The notes under the pieces were generated by a model. The model did no database searches. It was not told the origin of the DNA and saw only the letters and a program-made list of their open reading frames with translations. The position numbers and the translations under genes were made by a program. DNA of 62,887 nt, filler included, from Deltaproteobacteria bacterium (GTDB taxonomy: Bacteria > JAUYMQ01), in NCBI GenBank assembly GCA_030698575.1. It is 11 parts of 11 records of this genome, joined end to end, with 100 filler letters (N's around TTAATTAATTAA, not from the genome) between each part and the next. Parts side by side here need not be neighbours in the genome. Positions count along the whole stretch, not along the records: positions 47,101 to 53,783 come from JAUYMQ010000405.1; positions 53,884 to 60,103 come from JAUYMQ010000411.1; positions 60,204 to 62,887 come from JAUYMQ010000444.1; 8 more parts are not named here. One strand, 5' to 3'. Positions 50,329 to 60,582 of this stretch are shown piece by piece. Every line of letters begins with the position of its first letter. The stretch's first letter is position 1.

Positions 50329-50369
50329 GATCGGCCCCCCGGGGCGGATACTGGCTGGTGGATCCGGCG

Positions 50370-50939
50370 CTAGTAGATCCGGAAAACCTCGTCGTGGATG
50401 GTGCCGGCCAGATCGGTGGCGAGCTTTCTCAGCGCCTGCTCGCGGTTTCGCAGGTTCACATTGAAATCCGGCGTCGAGTCGTACTCTTCCTGCCCGACCA
50501 GACGACTGGCCGACCAGAGCACGCTCTGATCATCGCGCCGGCGGAGCGTCACGCTGGCCGAGATCATCACGCGGTTCTCGAGCTCAATGGAGACCGAACT
50601 GAAGGAGAGCGGTTGCACGTCGATGAATTCGATCCGCGCCTCGAGGACTGTGTCGGCGCTCTTCTCCGCGGCGACCGGCCGGAGCCAGCCTTTCGTTGCG
50701 AATTCCTTGATGGTCGCGTTCGTGAAGATGGTCGAGAGGCCCGGCTCGGCGGTGTCGTTTTTCCAGAGCGGAATGGCCACCGTCACGAGCTCCGTCGGAA
50801 TGGCTTCCGTCCGGTCCGCGAAGCGCCAGCCACAGCCGGTCATCATCGCGGCCGCTGCAATGAACGCCATCAGGACGACCACGGGCGCCCCACGGACCGC
50901 CCGAAACGCCGCCGTCCCGCCCTCGAAAGACCTTTCCAT
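50370..50939 (-). CDS. lptE: LPS assembly lipoprotein LptE-like
   Basis: Lipobox MTGCGW, NDTAEPGL; sits between leuS and holA. Confidence 0.8.
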   Translation of the reverse strand: MERSFEGGTAAFRAVRGAPVVVLMAFIAAAAMMTGCGWRFADRTEAIPTELVTVAIPLWKNDTAEPGLSTIFTNATIKEFATKGWLRPVAAEKSADTVLEARIEFIDVQPLSFSSVSIELENRVMISASVTLRRRDDQSVLWSASRLVGQEEYDSTPDFNVNLRNREQALRKLATDLAGTIHDEVFRIY

Positions 50940-50956
50940 GTAATCCTCCTCCCCGT

Positions 50957-53449
50957 TCAAAGAACGAGGTTGAGCAACTTTCCGGGCACGTAGATCTGCT
51001 TCCTGGGAGCCCGATCGCCCGTGTGGCGCTGCACCTTCTCGCTCGCGAGCGCCGCGGCCACGATCTCGTCCTTCGTGGCGGCGGACGGGACCGTGATGTT
51101 GTCGCGAAGCTTGCCGTTCACCTGGACGACAATCGACATCTCGGCCGCCTCGAGAGCGGCCGGGTCGTGCCGGGGCCAGTCTGTTTCGAGAAGCGTCCTG
51201 GCGTTTCCCAGCCCCGCCCACAGCTCCTCGGTAATGTGCGGCGCGAAGGGGTGCAGGAGCTTCAGCAGCGTCTCGACCGCCTCGCGCAGCACGGCCCGTG
51301 ATCCGGCCGAGCCGTCGTCCTCGTAGGCGTAGAGGGCATTCACCAGTTCCATGATCGAGGACAGGGCCGTGTTGAAGTGAAAGCGCCCGTCGAAATCCTC
51401 GCTCACCCGCCTGATTGTCTCATGCGCTTTTCGCCGGAGCGCCGCCTGCCCTTCCGTCGGAGGCGCACCGGCCGGAAGCCCTGCGTTTTGAACGATTTCC
51501 CGCACCTGACGCACGTATCGCCACACCCGCGAGAGGAAGCGATGGGCCCCCTCCACGGCCGTGTCGCTCCACTCGAGGTCCTTCTCCGGCGGCGCCGCGA
51601 ACAGGATGAACAGCCGCGCCGTATCGGCCCCGTAGCGATTGATCAACTCCTCGGGGTCGACGACATTGCCCTTCGACTTGGACATCTTCTCGATCTTGCC
51701 GGTCCTGGGGTTCTCCTTCCGGACCATTCCCTGGGTCAGAAGGTTCCGGAAGGGCTCCCCCTCGCGCACGAGCCCCAGATCGCGAAGCACCTTGGTGAAA
51801 AATCGCGCGTAGAGCAAGTGCAGGACGGCGTGCTCGATACCGCCCACGTACTGGTCCACCGGCATCCAGGCGTCGGCCTCCTTTGAATCGAAGGGGCCGG
51901 TCTCGTGCCCCGGGCTGATGTACCGGAGGAAGTACCAGCTCGATTCGACGAAGGTATCGAAGGTGTCGGTTTCGCGCCGGGCCGGGCCTCCGCACCGCGG
52001 ACAGCGGGTTTCGTAGAAAGGCGCGTGGCGGGCGAGGGGCGAGCCCTCCGCGCCGTCGAAGGGCAGGTCCGTCGGCAACACCACGGGCAGATCGGCGTCG
52101 GGAACCGGAACGAGGCCCTCCTTCTCACAGTAGACCACAGGGATCGGCGCGCCCCAGTAGCGCTGCCGCGAGACCCCCCAGTCCTTGATCCGGAAGTTGA
52201 CGCTCCGCTTGCCTTGCCCCTCCCGCTCCAGTTCCTCGACGATGGCGCGCTTGAAGGACTCGTTGTCCATGCCGTTGAAGCGCCCCGAGTCGACCATGCT
52301 TCCCGGACCCGTGTAGGCCTCGGCCATCGTGTCGCCGCGCAGAGCCTGGCCCTCGGGCTGCACCACGACGATGATGGGCAGATTGTACTTGCGTGCGAAC
52401 TCGAAGTCGCGCTGATCATGGGCCGGGACCGCCATGACCGCCCCCGTGCCGTATTCCATAAGCACGAAGTTGGCGACGTAGATGGGCATTCGGGCGCCGG
52501 TCATCGGGTTCAGGCAGTGCGCGCCGGTGAATACCCCCTCTTTCTCGTAATCCTCCGCTCCGCGCTTGAACTTGTCCTGGACGACCACTCGGTCGATGAA
52601 GTGCTTCACCTCGCCCTCCCGCGGCGTTCCGCGCACGAGCTCCAGTGCGAGCGGGTGTTCGGGGGCGAGGCTCATGAAGGTGGCCCCGAAGACGGTGTCC
52701 TGGCGTGTGGTGAAGACCCGGATGGCGTCGTCGCGCCCCTCGAGCCGGAAGTCGATCTCTGCCCCCTCGCTGCGCCCGATCCAGTTGCGCTGCATCGTCA
52801 GCACCCGTTCCGGCCACCCCTTCAGGTTGTCGCACTCGGCCAGTAATTCCTCGGCGTAGGCGGTGACCCGCAGGAACCATTGCGAGAGGCGCTTCTGGCC
52901 CACCTCCCCCTCGCAGCGCCAGCAGAGCCCCCCTTCCACCTGCTCGTTCGCCAGGACCGTCTTGCAGCTCTCGCACCAGTTCACGAAGGCGTCAGCCTTG
53001 TAGGCCAGCCCCCGCTCCAGCATCCTGAGGAACATCCACTGCTCCCAGCGGTAGTAGGCGGGGTCACAGGTGGATAGTTCGCGCGACCAGTCGTAGGAAA
53101 GCCCCATGCGCCTGAGCTGCCCGCGCATGTAGGAAATGTTGCTGTCGGTCCACTTGGCGGGGTGCGTCTTGTTCTGGATGGCGGCGTTCTCGGCCGGAAG
53201 CCCGAAGGCGTCCCATCCCATCGGGTGGAGTACCCGGTACCCGCGCATCAGCAGGGAGCGGCCGATAGCGTCTCCGATCGTGTAAACGCGCACGTGCCCC
53301 ATGTGAATGCGGCCCGAGGGGTAGGGAAACATCTCGAGGAGGTAGTACTTGGGGAGGGCGGCGTCCCGGCGCGTGGCGAACAGGCCCCGGCTTTCCCAGG
53401 CGGCCTGCCATTTCGCTTCGATCCGGGCTGGCTCGTAGCGCTCTTCCAC
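50957..53449 (-). CDS. leuS: Leucine--tRNA ligase
   Basis: MFPYPSG, HMGH, KMSKS, SRQRYWG. Confidence 0.98.
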   Translation of the reverse strand: MEERYEPARIEAKWQAAWESRGLFATRRDAALPKYYLLEMFPYPSGRIHMGHVRVYTIGDAIGRSLLMRGYRVLHPMGWDAFGLPAENAAIQNKTHPAKWTDSNISYMRGQLRRMGLSYDWSRELSTCDPAYYRWEQWMFLRMLERGLAYKADAFVNWCESCKTVLANEQVEGGLCWRCEGEVGQKRLSQWFLRVTAYAEELLAECDNLKGWPERVLTMQRNWIGRSEGAEIDFRLEGRDDAIRVFTTRQDTVFGATFMSLAPEHPLALELVRGTPREGEVKHFIDRVVVQDKFKRGAEDYEKEGVFTGAHCLNPMTGARMPIYVANFVLMEYGTGAVMAVPAHDQRDFEFARKYNLPIIVVVQPEGQALRGDTMAEAYTGPGSMVDSGRFNGMDNESFKRAIVEELEREGQGKRSVNFRIKDWGVSRQRYWGAPIPVVYCEKEGLVPVPDADLPVVLPTDLPFDGAEGSPLARHAPFYETRCPRCGGPARRETDTFDTFVESSWYFLRYISPGHETGPFDSKEADAWMPVDQYVGGIEHAVLHLLYARFFTKVLRDLGLVREGEPFRNLLTQGMVRKENPRTGKIEKMSKSKGNVVDPEELINRYGADTARLFILFAAPPEKDLEWSDTAVEGAHRFLSRVWRYVRQVREIVQNAGLPAGAPPTEGQAALRRKAHETIRRVSEDFDGRFHFNTALSSIMELVNALYAYEDDGSAGSRAVLREAVETLLKLLHPFAPHITEELWAGLGNARTLLETDWPRHDPAALEAAEMSIVVQVNGKLRDNITVPSAATKDEIVAAALASEKVQRHTGDRAPRKQIYVPGKLLNLVL

Positions 53450-53653
53450 CGCTGGTCCCTTGTCCAGGCGAGGCCGCCCGGCGCGGTCACGAGGGGATCA
53501 ATGCCGCGCGGCCGGCGGCGGGAAAGGCTCGGGCGCGTCGCGCGGGCCAGAGGGCCCGCCGGGGGGCGGCGGGCTGCAAACACTCGGGTTGCCGAAGGTT
53601 TTTCGAAGGTCAGTAGGTAGCACGCCAAGGGGGCGTTTTCAAGCCAAAGTCGG

Positions 53654-53782
53654 TCAGGCGATCTTGAGGAGCTTCCGCGCGACGCGAAGGATGTCCCGCT
53701 GCTCGACCGGCTTGGTGAGATATTCGTTGGCGCCGAGATGGAGCGCGCGCTCGCGGTCCTCGCGCGCCGACTCCGTCGTGAT
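53654..53782 (-). CDS. Response regulator receiver (CheY-like) C-terminus, 5' truncated
   Basis: ITTESAREDRERALHLGANEYLTKPV; absent from the ORF track. Confidence 0.8.
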   Translation of the reverse strand: MTTESAREDRERALHLGANEYLTKPVEQRDILRVARKLLKIA

Positions 53783-53783
53783 C

Positions 53784-53883
53784 NNNNNNNNNNNNNNNNN
53801 NNNNNNNNNNNNNNNNNNNNNNNNNNNTTAATTAATTAANNNNNNNNNNNNNNNNNNNNNNNNNNNNNNNNNNNNNNNNNNNN
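53784..53883. other. Artificial contig linker
   Basis: N44-TTAATTAATTAA-N44. Confidence 0.98.
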
Positions 53884-53885
53884 GC

Positions 53886-55421
53886 GTGCTCGATCTGATC
53901 GCGAAGAAACCGACCCGCTCGGCCTACAGCCGGCTGATGAACCCGAACTACGCTTCCATCACACCGCAGGCGATCGCGGTCTGGGCGGAAGAGCTCGGCC
54001 ACAGCGTTCACTACGCCACCTTCACGGGACCCGAGGATCTCCGGCGGATGTTTCCCCGCGACCTGTCCGTGCTGTTCATTTCCGCTTTCACCCCCGCCGC
54101 CTATCTCGCCTACAGCATCTCGATGGAGGCTCGGGCCCGGGGCGTGGTGACTGTGCTGGGTGGGCCCCACGCGCGGGCCTACGCGGACGATGCCGTCAAG
54201 TATTTCGATTACGTGGCCGGGTTTGTCGACAGGGAGCTGATCAGGAGCATCATCACTGAGAGATCGCGGGGCGCAGGCGCCGGTGTGCGCGTCAGCGCGC
54301 CGCGCCAGCCCCTGAACCTGCCCGGCGTGAGGGAGCGGTGGAAGTTTATCGGGCACAACCTGGCGAAGGCTCGCTTGCTGCGCGCCATCCCCGTTATAGG
54401 AAGCCTCGGCTGCCCTTACCGATGCAGCTTCTGCGTCGACGCCGAGGTGGACTACCAGACGCTTCCTTATGATCAGCTCCGCGACGACCTCGTCTTTCTG
54501 CGAACGAAGATCGGGCGCCCGGTGGTCGGCTTCCACGACCCGAACTTCGGCGTCCGCTTCGGCGACTACGCCGGGATCATCGAGGAGGCCGCCCGGCCCG
54601 GAACATTCCGGATCGTCGCCGAGAGCAGCCTCTCGCTGCTGGGCGAATCGCGATTGAAGGAGATGCGGCGTCTGGGGTTCGGGGGGCTGACGCTGGGTGT
54701 TGAGAGCTGGTTCGATTACAACGACAAGGCGAAGCAGAGCCGGCGCGTGGGCGTGTCGAAAATGGAGTCGGTGGCGGCCCACGTCGATCTGATCACCCGT
54801 TACATCCCCTACGTGCAGGCGAACTTCGTGTGGGGGCTCGATCAGGACGCAGGGCCGGAGCCTTTCGAGCTGACGAAGCGGTTCATCGACAGGGCGCCGG
54901 CGGCTTTTCCTTCCCACTCGCTGTTCACCGCCTTCGGCGACTCGGCCGCCCTCGGGCGACGGCTGGCCCTGGAAGGGAGAGTGCTCGACATCCCCTTCCA
55001 TTTCCAGGACACCTCGTCGGTGCACAACGTGGCGCTGAAGAACTATTCCGCGGTGCAGTTCTACGGTCTCATGGCCGATCTCGTGCGGTATTCCTTCTCG
55101 CCGCGTGCGAACCGGCGGCGCTTCCAGCGGAGCGCGCACGGGCTCTTCTCGCCGGCGCGGTGGATGACGCTGGTTCGATCAACAAACGCGGACTGGCGGG
55201 TGAACTATTACAAGAAGCTCGGATATTTGTTCGCCACGGATGACGAGTTCCACGCGCTCGCCGCGGGCGAGGCCAAGGCGTCGCCCGCGTTCTTCAGAGA
55301 GCCCGTCAAAAGGGAGCTGGGGCCGTATTACCAGCACCTTCCCGGCGAGTTGCGCGCTTACCTGGAGCGGGGGGCGCCCCGCCGACCCCTGTCGGTGGCT
55401 GCTCTCGCGAGAAGCGCCTGA
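53886..55421 (+). CDS. B12-binding-type radical SAM protein, probably 5' truncated
   Basis: VLGGPHA, GCPYRCSFC, GVES. Confidence 0.85.
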   Translation: MLDLIAKKPTRSAYSRLMNPNYASITPQAIAVWAEELGHSVHYATFTGPEDLRRMFPRDLSVLFISAFTPAAYLAYSISMEARARGVVTVLGGPHARAYADDAVKYFDYVAGFVDRELIRSIITERSRGAGAGVRVSAPRQPLNLPGVRERWKFIGHNLAKARLLRAIPVIGSLGCPYRCSFCVDAEVDYQTLPYDQLRDDLVFLRTKIGRPVVGFHDPNFGVRFGDYAGIIEEAARPGTFRIVAESSLSLLGESRLKEMRRLGFGGLTLGVESWFDYNDKAKQSRRVGVSKMESVAAHVDLITRYIPYVQANFVWGLDQDAGPEPFELTKRFIDRAPAAFPSHSLFTAFGDSAALGRRLALEGRVLDIPFHFQDTSSVHNVALKNYSAVQFYGLMADLVRYSFSPRANRRRFQRSAHGLFSPARWMTLVRSTNADWRVNYYKKLGYLFATDDEFHALAAGEAKASPAFFREPVKRELGPYYQHLPGELRAYLERGAPRRPLSVAALARSA

Positions 55422-55452
55422 ATCTATGCGCCGGATGCCTCGCCGGGTGCCT

Positions 55453-57315
55453 TCAGATCATCGTCTCGCAGCTGTTGTAGCTATCGCCCCCGGGCGTTTG
55501 GTGGCAGGTGTCGTTGCCGTTTTCGCCCTTGAGCTGGTCCTTGTCCGCGCCGCCATGGAGAATATCGTCGCCCTCCTCGCCCCAGAGGGTGTCTTCGCCG
55601 GCCCAGCCGTAGAGCGTGTCGTTTCCGATTCCGCCCCAGAGGACGTCGTCGCCACTGCTCAGACTATCGTTTTCGCCCCACAGATCGTCGTTTCCGGCCT
55701 CGCCATAGATGACGTCCTCGTCGGGCCCGCCATAGATCTTGTCGTCGCCCGGACCCCCATGGATCTCATCATTGCCCTCGTCTCCTCCCATGCCGTCATT
55801 GCCCTCGTCGCCGAAGAGCGTGTCGCTTCCGGCCTGGCCGTGGATGCTGTCGACCCCGGGCCCGCCGTGGATCTCATCGTTGCCGATGCCGCCCTGGAGC
55901 TGGTCGTTGCCCTCTTCGCCGTAGATTGTGTCGTTGCCGTCATCGGTTATCATTTCGATGACGCTGTCATCGCCGTCTCCGCCGTAGATTGTGTCATTGC
56001 CGTTCCCGCTCGACAGGTAGTCGTCGCCGCCCTGCCCGAGAATCGCATCGTTCCCGTTGCCGCCGTAGATGTAGTCCTTGTCGGGGCCCCCGTCCAGGGT
56101 GTCCTCGCCGGGCCCGCCGTAGAGATGATCGAGGCCGGCTTCGCCGTACTCTTGATCGTTGCCTTCGTCACCCTGGAAGCTGTCGTCACCGGCGCCGCCA
56201 TGCATCGTGTCGTTTTCACTCCCGCCGAAGAGGGAATCATTTCCCTCGGCGCCCCAGATCTCGTCGTCGCCTGTGTGGCCGTAGAGAACATCGTCGCCGG
56301 CTTCTCCGAAGAGCTTGTCGTTCCCGTCGGATGCGTGAAGCTTGTCGTTGCCCGATCCGCCGTGCATCTCGTCGTCATCCTGGTTGCCGTGCAGCACGTC
56401 GTCGCCCTGCTCGCCATAGATCTTGTCGCTGCCCGCTTCACCGAAAATCGTGTCGTTGCCCGCGCTCCCGCAGATCACATCATCGCCGCCTTTTCCCTTG
56501 ATCTCGTCATTGCCACCCAAGCCCGCGATGATGTCGGGGCCGCTCGTCCCCTGGATCACGTCGTCTCCCGGCGTGCCGGTAATCGTTGCGGTCTGGCCGT
56601 CGCAGTTTCCCGGCTCATTTGGATCATAGGGCTTGGTCGCCCCGGGGGTGACCATCTTGAGTTCCTGCTTCGTCCGGGACGGGGGCTTGTTCAGTGATCT
56701 CGTCTGCATGGGCGGCATCACGCCGACGTCGGCGCCTTCGCGAACCGCCTGCTCGCCGACTCTCGCCCCCGGCGCTCCGGCCGCGAGCCCCTTTCCCAGA
56801 CCGGCGGCGGCAACGCTCGCATCGCAGATCTGGATGCTTCGCGTCGCTCCGCGCACCCACGCGCCACCGTTGCCCCCGAGCCCCAGGGTCGCCCGGGATC
56901 CGGGGGGAAGGGCAGGCGCGGGCTCCGGAACCGTGACCTTGATGCTGCTCGAGGTCCAGTCACTCGCTGACCCGACCGCGAGCGCCACGCGCGGCTTGCC
57001 GCTGGCCTGAATGTAAAGGCCGTAGTCGCCGGGCCCGCCGAGGTTCTTCCCCTTGAGGGATATCTCGTCGCCCGGCTTGACGCAGATGGCGGGCGTAACG
57101 CTGAGAAGTGTCGGAGATACGGGCGCGGCCTTGCGTGATTGCCCGGTCGCGGCGCTCTCCTCTGCGGGCCGCATGCCCGGCGCGGGTGTCCCGAACCCGG
57201 AGGGGCCTGTTTGAGACAGGGCTGCGCCGGGGTTCATGGCGGCGCCGAGAAGGAGCGAGAGGCCGAGCGCCGCGCCGAGCGCAGGCACCCTGGAAATGAG
57301 TCCGTGGCTTTTCAT
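55453..57315 (-). CDS. Secreted Ca-binding RTX-repeat protein with an IPT/TIG-like domain
   Basis: Signal peptide and many GGxGxDxLx nonapeptides. Confidence 0.88.
   Translation of the reverse strand: MKSHGLISRVPALGAALGLSLLLGAAMNPGAALSQTGPSGFGTPAPGMRPAEESAATGQSRKAAPVSPTLLSVTPAICVKPGDEISLKGKNLGGPGDYGLYIQASGKPRVALAVGSASDWTSSSIKVTVPEPAPALPPGSRATLGLGGNGGAWVRGATRSIQICDASVAAAGLGKGLAAGAPGARVGEQAVREGADVGVMPPMQTRSLNKPPSRTKQELKMVTPGATKPYDPNEPGNCDGQTATITGTPGDDVIQGTSGPDIIAGLGGNDEIKGKGGDDVICGSAGNDTIFGEAGSDKIYGEQGDDVLHGNQDDDEMHGGSGNDKLHASDGNDKLFGEAGDDVLYGHTGDDEIWGAEGNDSLFGGSENDTMHGGAGDDSFQGDEGNDQEYGEAGLDHLYGGPGEDTLDGGPDKDYIYGGNGNDAILGQGGDDYLSSGNGNDTIYGGDGDDSVIEMITDDGNDTIYGEEGNDQLQGGIGNDEIHGGPGVDSIHGQAGSDTLFGDEGNDGMGGDEGNDEIHGGPGDDKIYGGPDEDVIYGEAGNDDLWGENDSLSSGDDVLWGGIGNDTLYGWAGEDTLWGEEGDDILHGGADKDQLKGENGNDTCHQTPGGDSYNSCETMI
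55490..56580 (-). repeat. Coding 27-bp (nonapeptide) tandem repeats
   Basis: Repeated GGC-x-GGC-AAC/GAC-GAC units encoding RTX repeats; boundaries approximate. Confidence 0.8.
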
Positions 57316-57726
57316 GAGGATCCCTCTGATCGGCGGCTGCTTGCTGTTCGAGACCCCCTCGCGCGGGCCCTGCCTTCAGCCGCCATACCACGTCCACGGT
57401 CGGAGTAAAACCACCCCCGATCCCGTGAAATCGATGCAACGGGCAGGATCGGAAGCCTCCCGGCAAGATTTCCGGTGCGCGACGAGAGCCGGTCTCCCGT
57501 GCACCGTGGGGCAATCAGGGCGGTTCACCGGGCGCTTTTTATTCTACGGCCTACATCCGTATTTTATGAGTTGAAAACGTTGCGAGAGGGGAAATCATTC
57601 AAGGATGGCGGGGCCGGGAGCCGTGTCCTAGATTACGACTACCGGGCGTGCTAATTTCAATCGGCCCGGGGAGGCCAGCCGCGGCGCAGCGCGGCCGGGT
57701 GGCCCCGCAAAAGGGAGGCGACCCCC

Positions 57727-60000
57727 ATGTCCGGACATACCTGGAAGGAAACGCTCGCGGACCGGATGGACCCGCAGTGGGCCCGCGAGATCGATCTGTT
57801 CGAGGGGCAGGTCGGGCTCCGGAAGCAGGCGAAGCTCGAGGACAAGGTATTCGCGGAGACCCGGCTTCGCCGGGGGGTCTACGGCCAGCGCTACGACAAC
57901 GGCCAGCGCCACGACGGTATCGCCGAGCGGAAGCTCGAGTTCGAGGAACGCCCGACCAAGGGTCCCGACACCCTCTGGGACGCCCCCGGCATGCAGCGCA
58001 TCAAAATTCCCTACGGCGGCATGAGCCCGGATCAAATGGATGCTCTCGCGGCCCTGGCAGAGGAGTATTCCGACAGCATCCTGCACGTCACCACGCGTCA
58101 GGATATCCAGCTGCATTTCGTGCACATCGAGGACACCCCGGACCTCATGCGACGGCTCGCGGCGGTCGACATTACGACCCGCGAGGCGTGCGGCAACTCG
58201 GTGCGGAACGTGACGGCCTGCCCGCTGGCGGGTGTGTGCCGGACCGAAAGCTTCGACGTATCGCCTTACGCTCACGCGCTCATGCGTTTCCTGCTCGGAC
58301 ATCCCGACGTGCAGGACTTCGGGCGGAAGTTCAAGCCGGCCTTCTCGGGCTGCGAGCATGAGGGGTGCGGCCTGGTCCAGCTGCATGACGCCGGCTTCGT
58401 GGCTAAGACGGTTGACGGAAAGCGCGGATTCAAGGTGGTGGTGGGCGGCGGCCTCGGCGCGGTTCCGCACCAGGCCCAGGTTCTCTCTGAGTTCACGCCC
58501 GAGGAAGAGTTTCTGCCGGAGATGCAGGCGGTGGCGCGGGTGTTCGCCCGGCTGGGCGAAAAGCAGAACCGCAATCGCGCGCGAATAAAGTTTCTCGTGG
58601 CCAAGCTCGGTATCGAGGAGTTCCGTCGCCTGGTCAAGGAGGAGCGCAAGACGCTGCCCCACGACGATCGCTGGACCGCTTTTCTGGATGACATGCCGCG
58701 GACGGGCGGAGAGCCGCCCCGAAAGCCGGCGCCGCTGGCGACGGGCGCGAGGCCGGAGGGCTTCGGTACCTGGTACAGGACCAACGTGCTCGCGCAGCGG
58801 CAGGAGGGGTACGCCGTCGTCACACTGAACCTTCCCCTCGGCGACATTACTTCCGATCAGACGCGCGCGCTGGCCGACCTCGCGCGCGAGTACGCCGGCG
58901 ACAACATCCGCACCACCGTCGAGCAGAACATCGTGCTCCGCTTCGTGCGCGAGGCGGATCTCGTCGAGCTGTACGGAAAGCTCGCCGCCATCGGCCTTGC
59001 AGCGCCGGGGGCGGGGACCATTGTCGACGTCACGTCCTGCCCGGGCACCGACACCTGCAAGCTCGGGATCGCTTCGAGCCGCGGCCTGGCCGCCGAACTC
59101 CGCTCGAGGCTCGCCGCTAAGTCGGCCTCCCTTCCAGAGGCCGTGAGCGCGCTGCACATCAAGATCTCGGGCTGCTTCAACAGCTGCGGCCAGCACCACG
59201 TGGCCGACATCGGTTTCTACGGGAACAGCCGCAAGGTCGAGGGGCGCGGCGTGCCGCACTTCCAGGTGATCCTCGGCGGGCAGTGGACGGAGAACGCCGC
59301 GAGTTACGGCATGGCCATGGGGTCGGTGCCCAGCAAAGCCGCTCCCCAGGTGGTCGAGGCTCTTGCCGACGCCTACGCCAAAGGGCGTGAGAAAGGCGAG
59401 GGATTCAAGGCCTGGGTCGAGCGCGCCGGTAAACGGAACGTGCGCGATCTGCTACAGCCTTTCACCAAGGTGCCGCCCTACGCGGAGGCGCCCGGTTTCT
59501 ACTCCGACTGGAGCGACGTGCGCGAGTTCACCATCGGCGACCTCGGCATCGGCGAGTGCGCGGGCGAGGTCGTGTCGCTGTTCGGCATCGAGGTCGTGAA
59601 GGCCGAGTCGCAGGTTTTCGAGGCGCAGCTCGCGCTGGAGGAAGGCAAGTTCGAGTGGGCCGAGACCCTCGCCTGCCGCGCCATGTTCACCGCGGCGCGC
59701 TCGCTTGTTCGCACCGAGTTCATCGACGTGACGGAAGACCCGGACGACATCGTCCGGGAATGGAAGGCGCGCTTCTTCGACACCGAACTTTTCTTCGACA
59801 AGTACGCGCGCGGGAAGTTCGGGCAGTACCTGCTCGAACGCCATGCAAGCCCCCCGCCGAGGATCGACAAGGGCGAGGCGGCGCGGCGCGTCGAGGAGGC
59901 GCAGCTGTTCATCGAGGCTTCCCATGCCTGCGAGAGCCGCCTGACCCTCGCCGCCGCCGCCAGAACGGCAGCGGGTGCAGCGGCCCAGGCAATGGCCTGA
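57727..60000 (+). CDS. Siroheme nitrite/sulfite reductase with a C-terminal extension
   Basis: RLRRGVYGQR, TTRQDIQ, RKFK, CPGTDTC...SGCFNSC. Confidence 0.92.
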   Translation: MSGHTWKETLADRMDPQWAREIDLFEGQVGLRKQAKLEDKVFAETRLRRGVYGQRYDNGQRHDGIAERKLEFEERPTKGPDTLWDAPGMQRIKIPYGGMSPDQMDALAALAEEYSDSILHVTTRQDIQLHFVHIEDTPDLMRRLAAVDITTREACGNSVRNVTACPLAGVCRTESFDVSPYAHALMRFLLGHPDVQDFGRKFKPAFSGCEHEGCGLVQLHDAGFVAKTVDGKRGFKVVVGGGLGAVPHQAQVLSEFTPEEEFLPEMQAVARVFARLGEKQNRNRARIKFLVAKLGIEEFRRLVKEERKTLPHDDRWTAFLDDMPRTGGEPPRKPAPLATGARPEGFGTWYRTNVLAQRQEGYAVVTLNLPLGDITSDQTRALADLAREYAGDNIRTTVEQNIVLRFVREADLVELYGKLAAIGLAAPGAGTIVDVTSCPGTDTCKLGIASSRGLAAELRSRLAAKSASLPEAVSALHIKISGCFNSCGQHHVADIGFYGNSRKVEGRGVPHFQVILGGQWTENAASYGMAMGSVPSKAAPQVVEALADAYAKGREKGEGFKAWVERAGKRNVRDLLQPFTKVPPYAEAPGFYSDWSDVREFTIGDLGIGECAGEVVSLFGIEVVKAESQVFEAQLALEEGKFEWAETLACRAMFTAARSLVRTEFIDVTEDPDDIVREWKARFFDTELFFDKYARGKFGQYLLERHASPPPRIDKGEAARRVEEAQLFIEASHACESRLTLAAAARTAAGAAAQAMA

Positions 60001-60016
60001 GCGGGGGCGGAGAAGA

Positions 60017-60103
60017 ATGATTCCCAAGCGCATCGCCGTGAAGATCTTCGCCAGCCCCGACCCTGGGCCGGATCTCGATCTGAGCCCGGCCATCGGCCTG
60101 TTT
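60017..60103 (+). CDS. Hypothetical protein N-terminus, 3' truncated
   Basis: GGAG RBS, MIPKRIAVKIFAS..., 16 bp after the reductase stop. Confidence 0.55.
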
Positions 60104-60203
60104 NNNNNNNNNNNNNNNNNNNNNNNNNNNNNNNNNNNNNNNNNNNNTTAATTAATTAANNNNNNNNNNNNNNNNNNNNNNNNNNNNNNNNNNNNNNNNN
60201 NNN
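60104..60203. other. Artificial contig linker
   Basis: N44-TTAATTAATTAA-N44. Confidence 0.98.
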
Positions 60204-60503
60204 CGGGTGCTGGGTGTCTTCCAGAACCTGGCTGATTATCCAGACGACCGTTACAACCAGCATAACTGTCAGGAAAATGGGCTGGAAAACTCTTCGCCGG
60301 GCCCGCATGAACGCCGCCACAGGACCGACGAGGGCCTGGACCGCGTAGATCAGAAGGCATACAACGGGGATGCCGGCGGCGAGCACGCCCGCCCACTCGC
60401 CCCAGAGCGTCGAGACCGGCCGTACGTCGCAGCTATAGGGTGTGACAAGCCCTATCAGGAGCAGCACCGACGCCAGTCGTCTTAAAGAATCGCCCATGTG
60501 CAC
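60204..60503 (-). CDS. Hypothetical membrane protein, 3' truncated
   Basis: Three hydrophobic segments. Confidence 0.6.
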
Positions 60504-60582
60504 GCGCTTCGTCGAAGGGAAGAAAGACGTAGTTAACCCGAAGCGCGATGCGAGATCAAGGGCGCCAGCCTATCGTGGAAGC

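Noticed and set aside
55490..56580. Tandem repeats as a CRISPR-like array
   Set aside because: They are in-frame coding nonapeptide repeats with no spacer structure
57540..57660. Rrf2/CymR-type operator upstream of the reductase
   Set aside because: AT-rich, but no clear palindrome I could support
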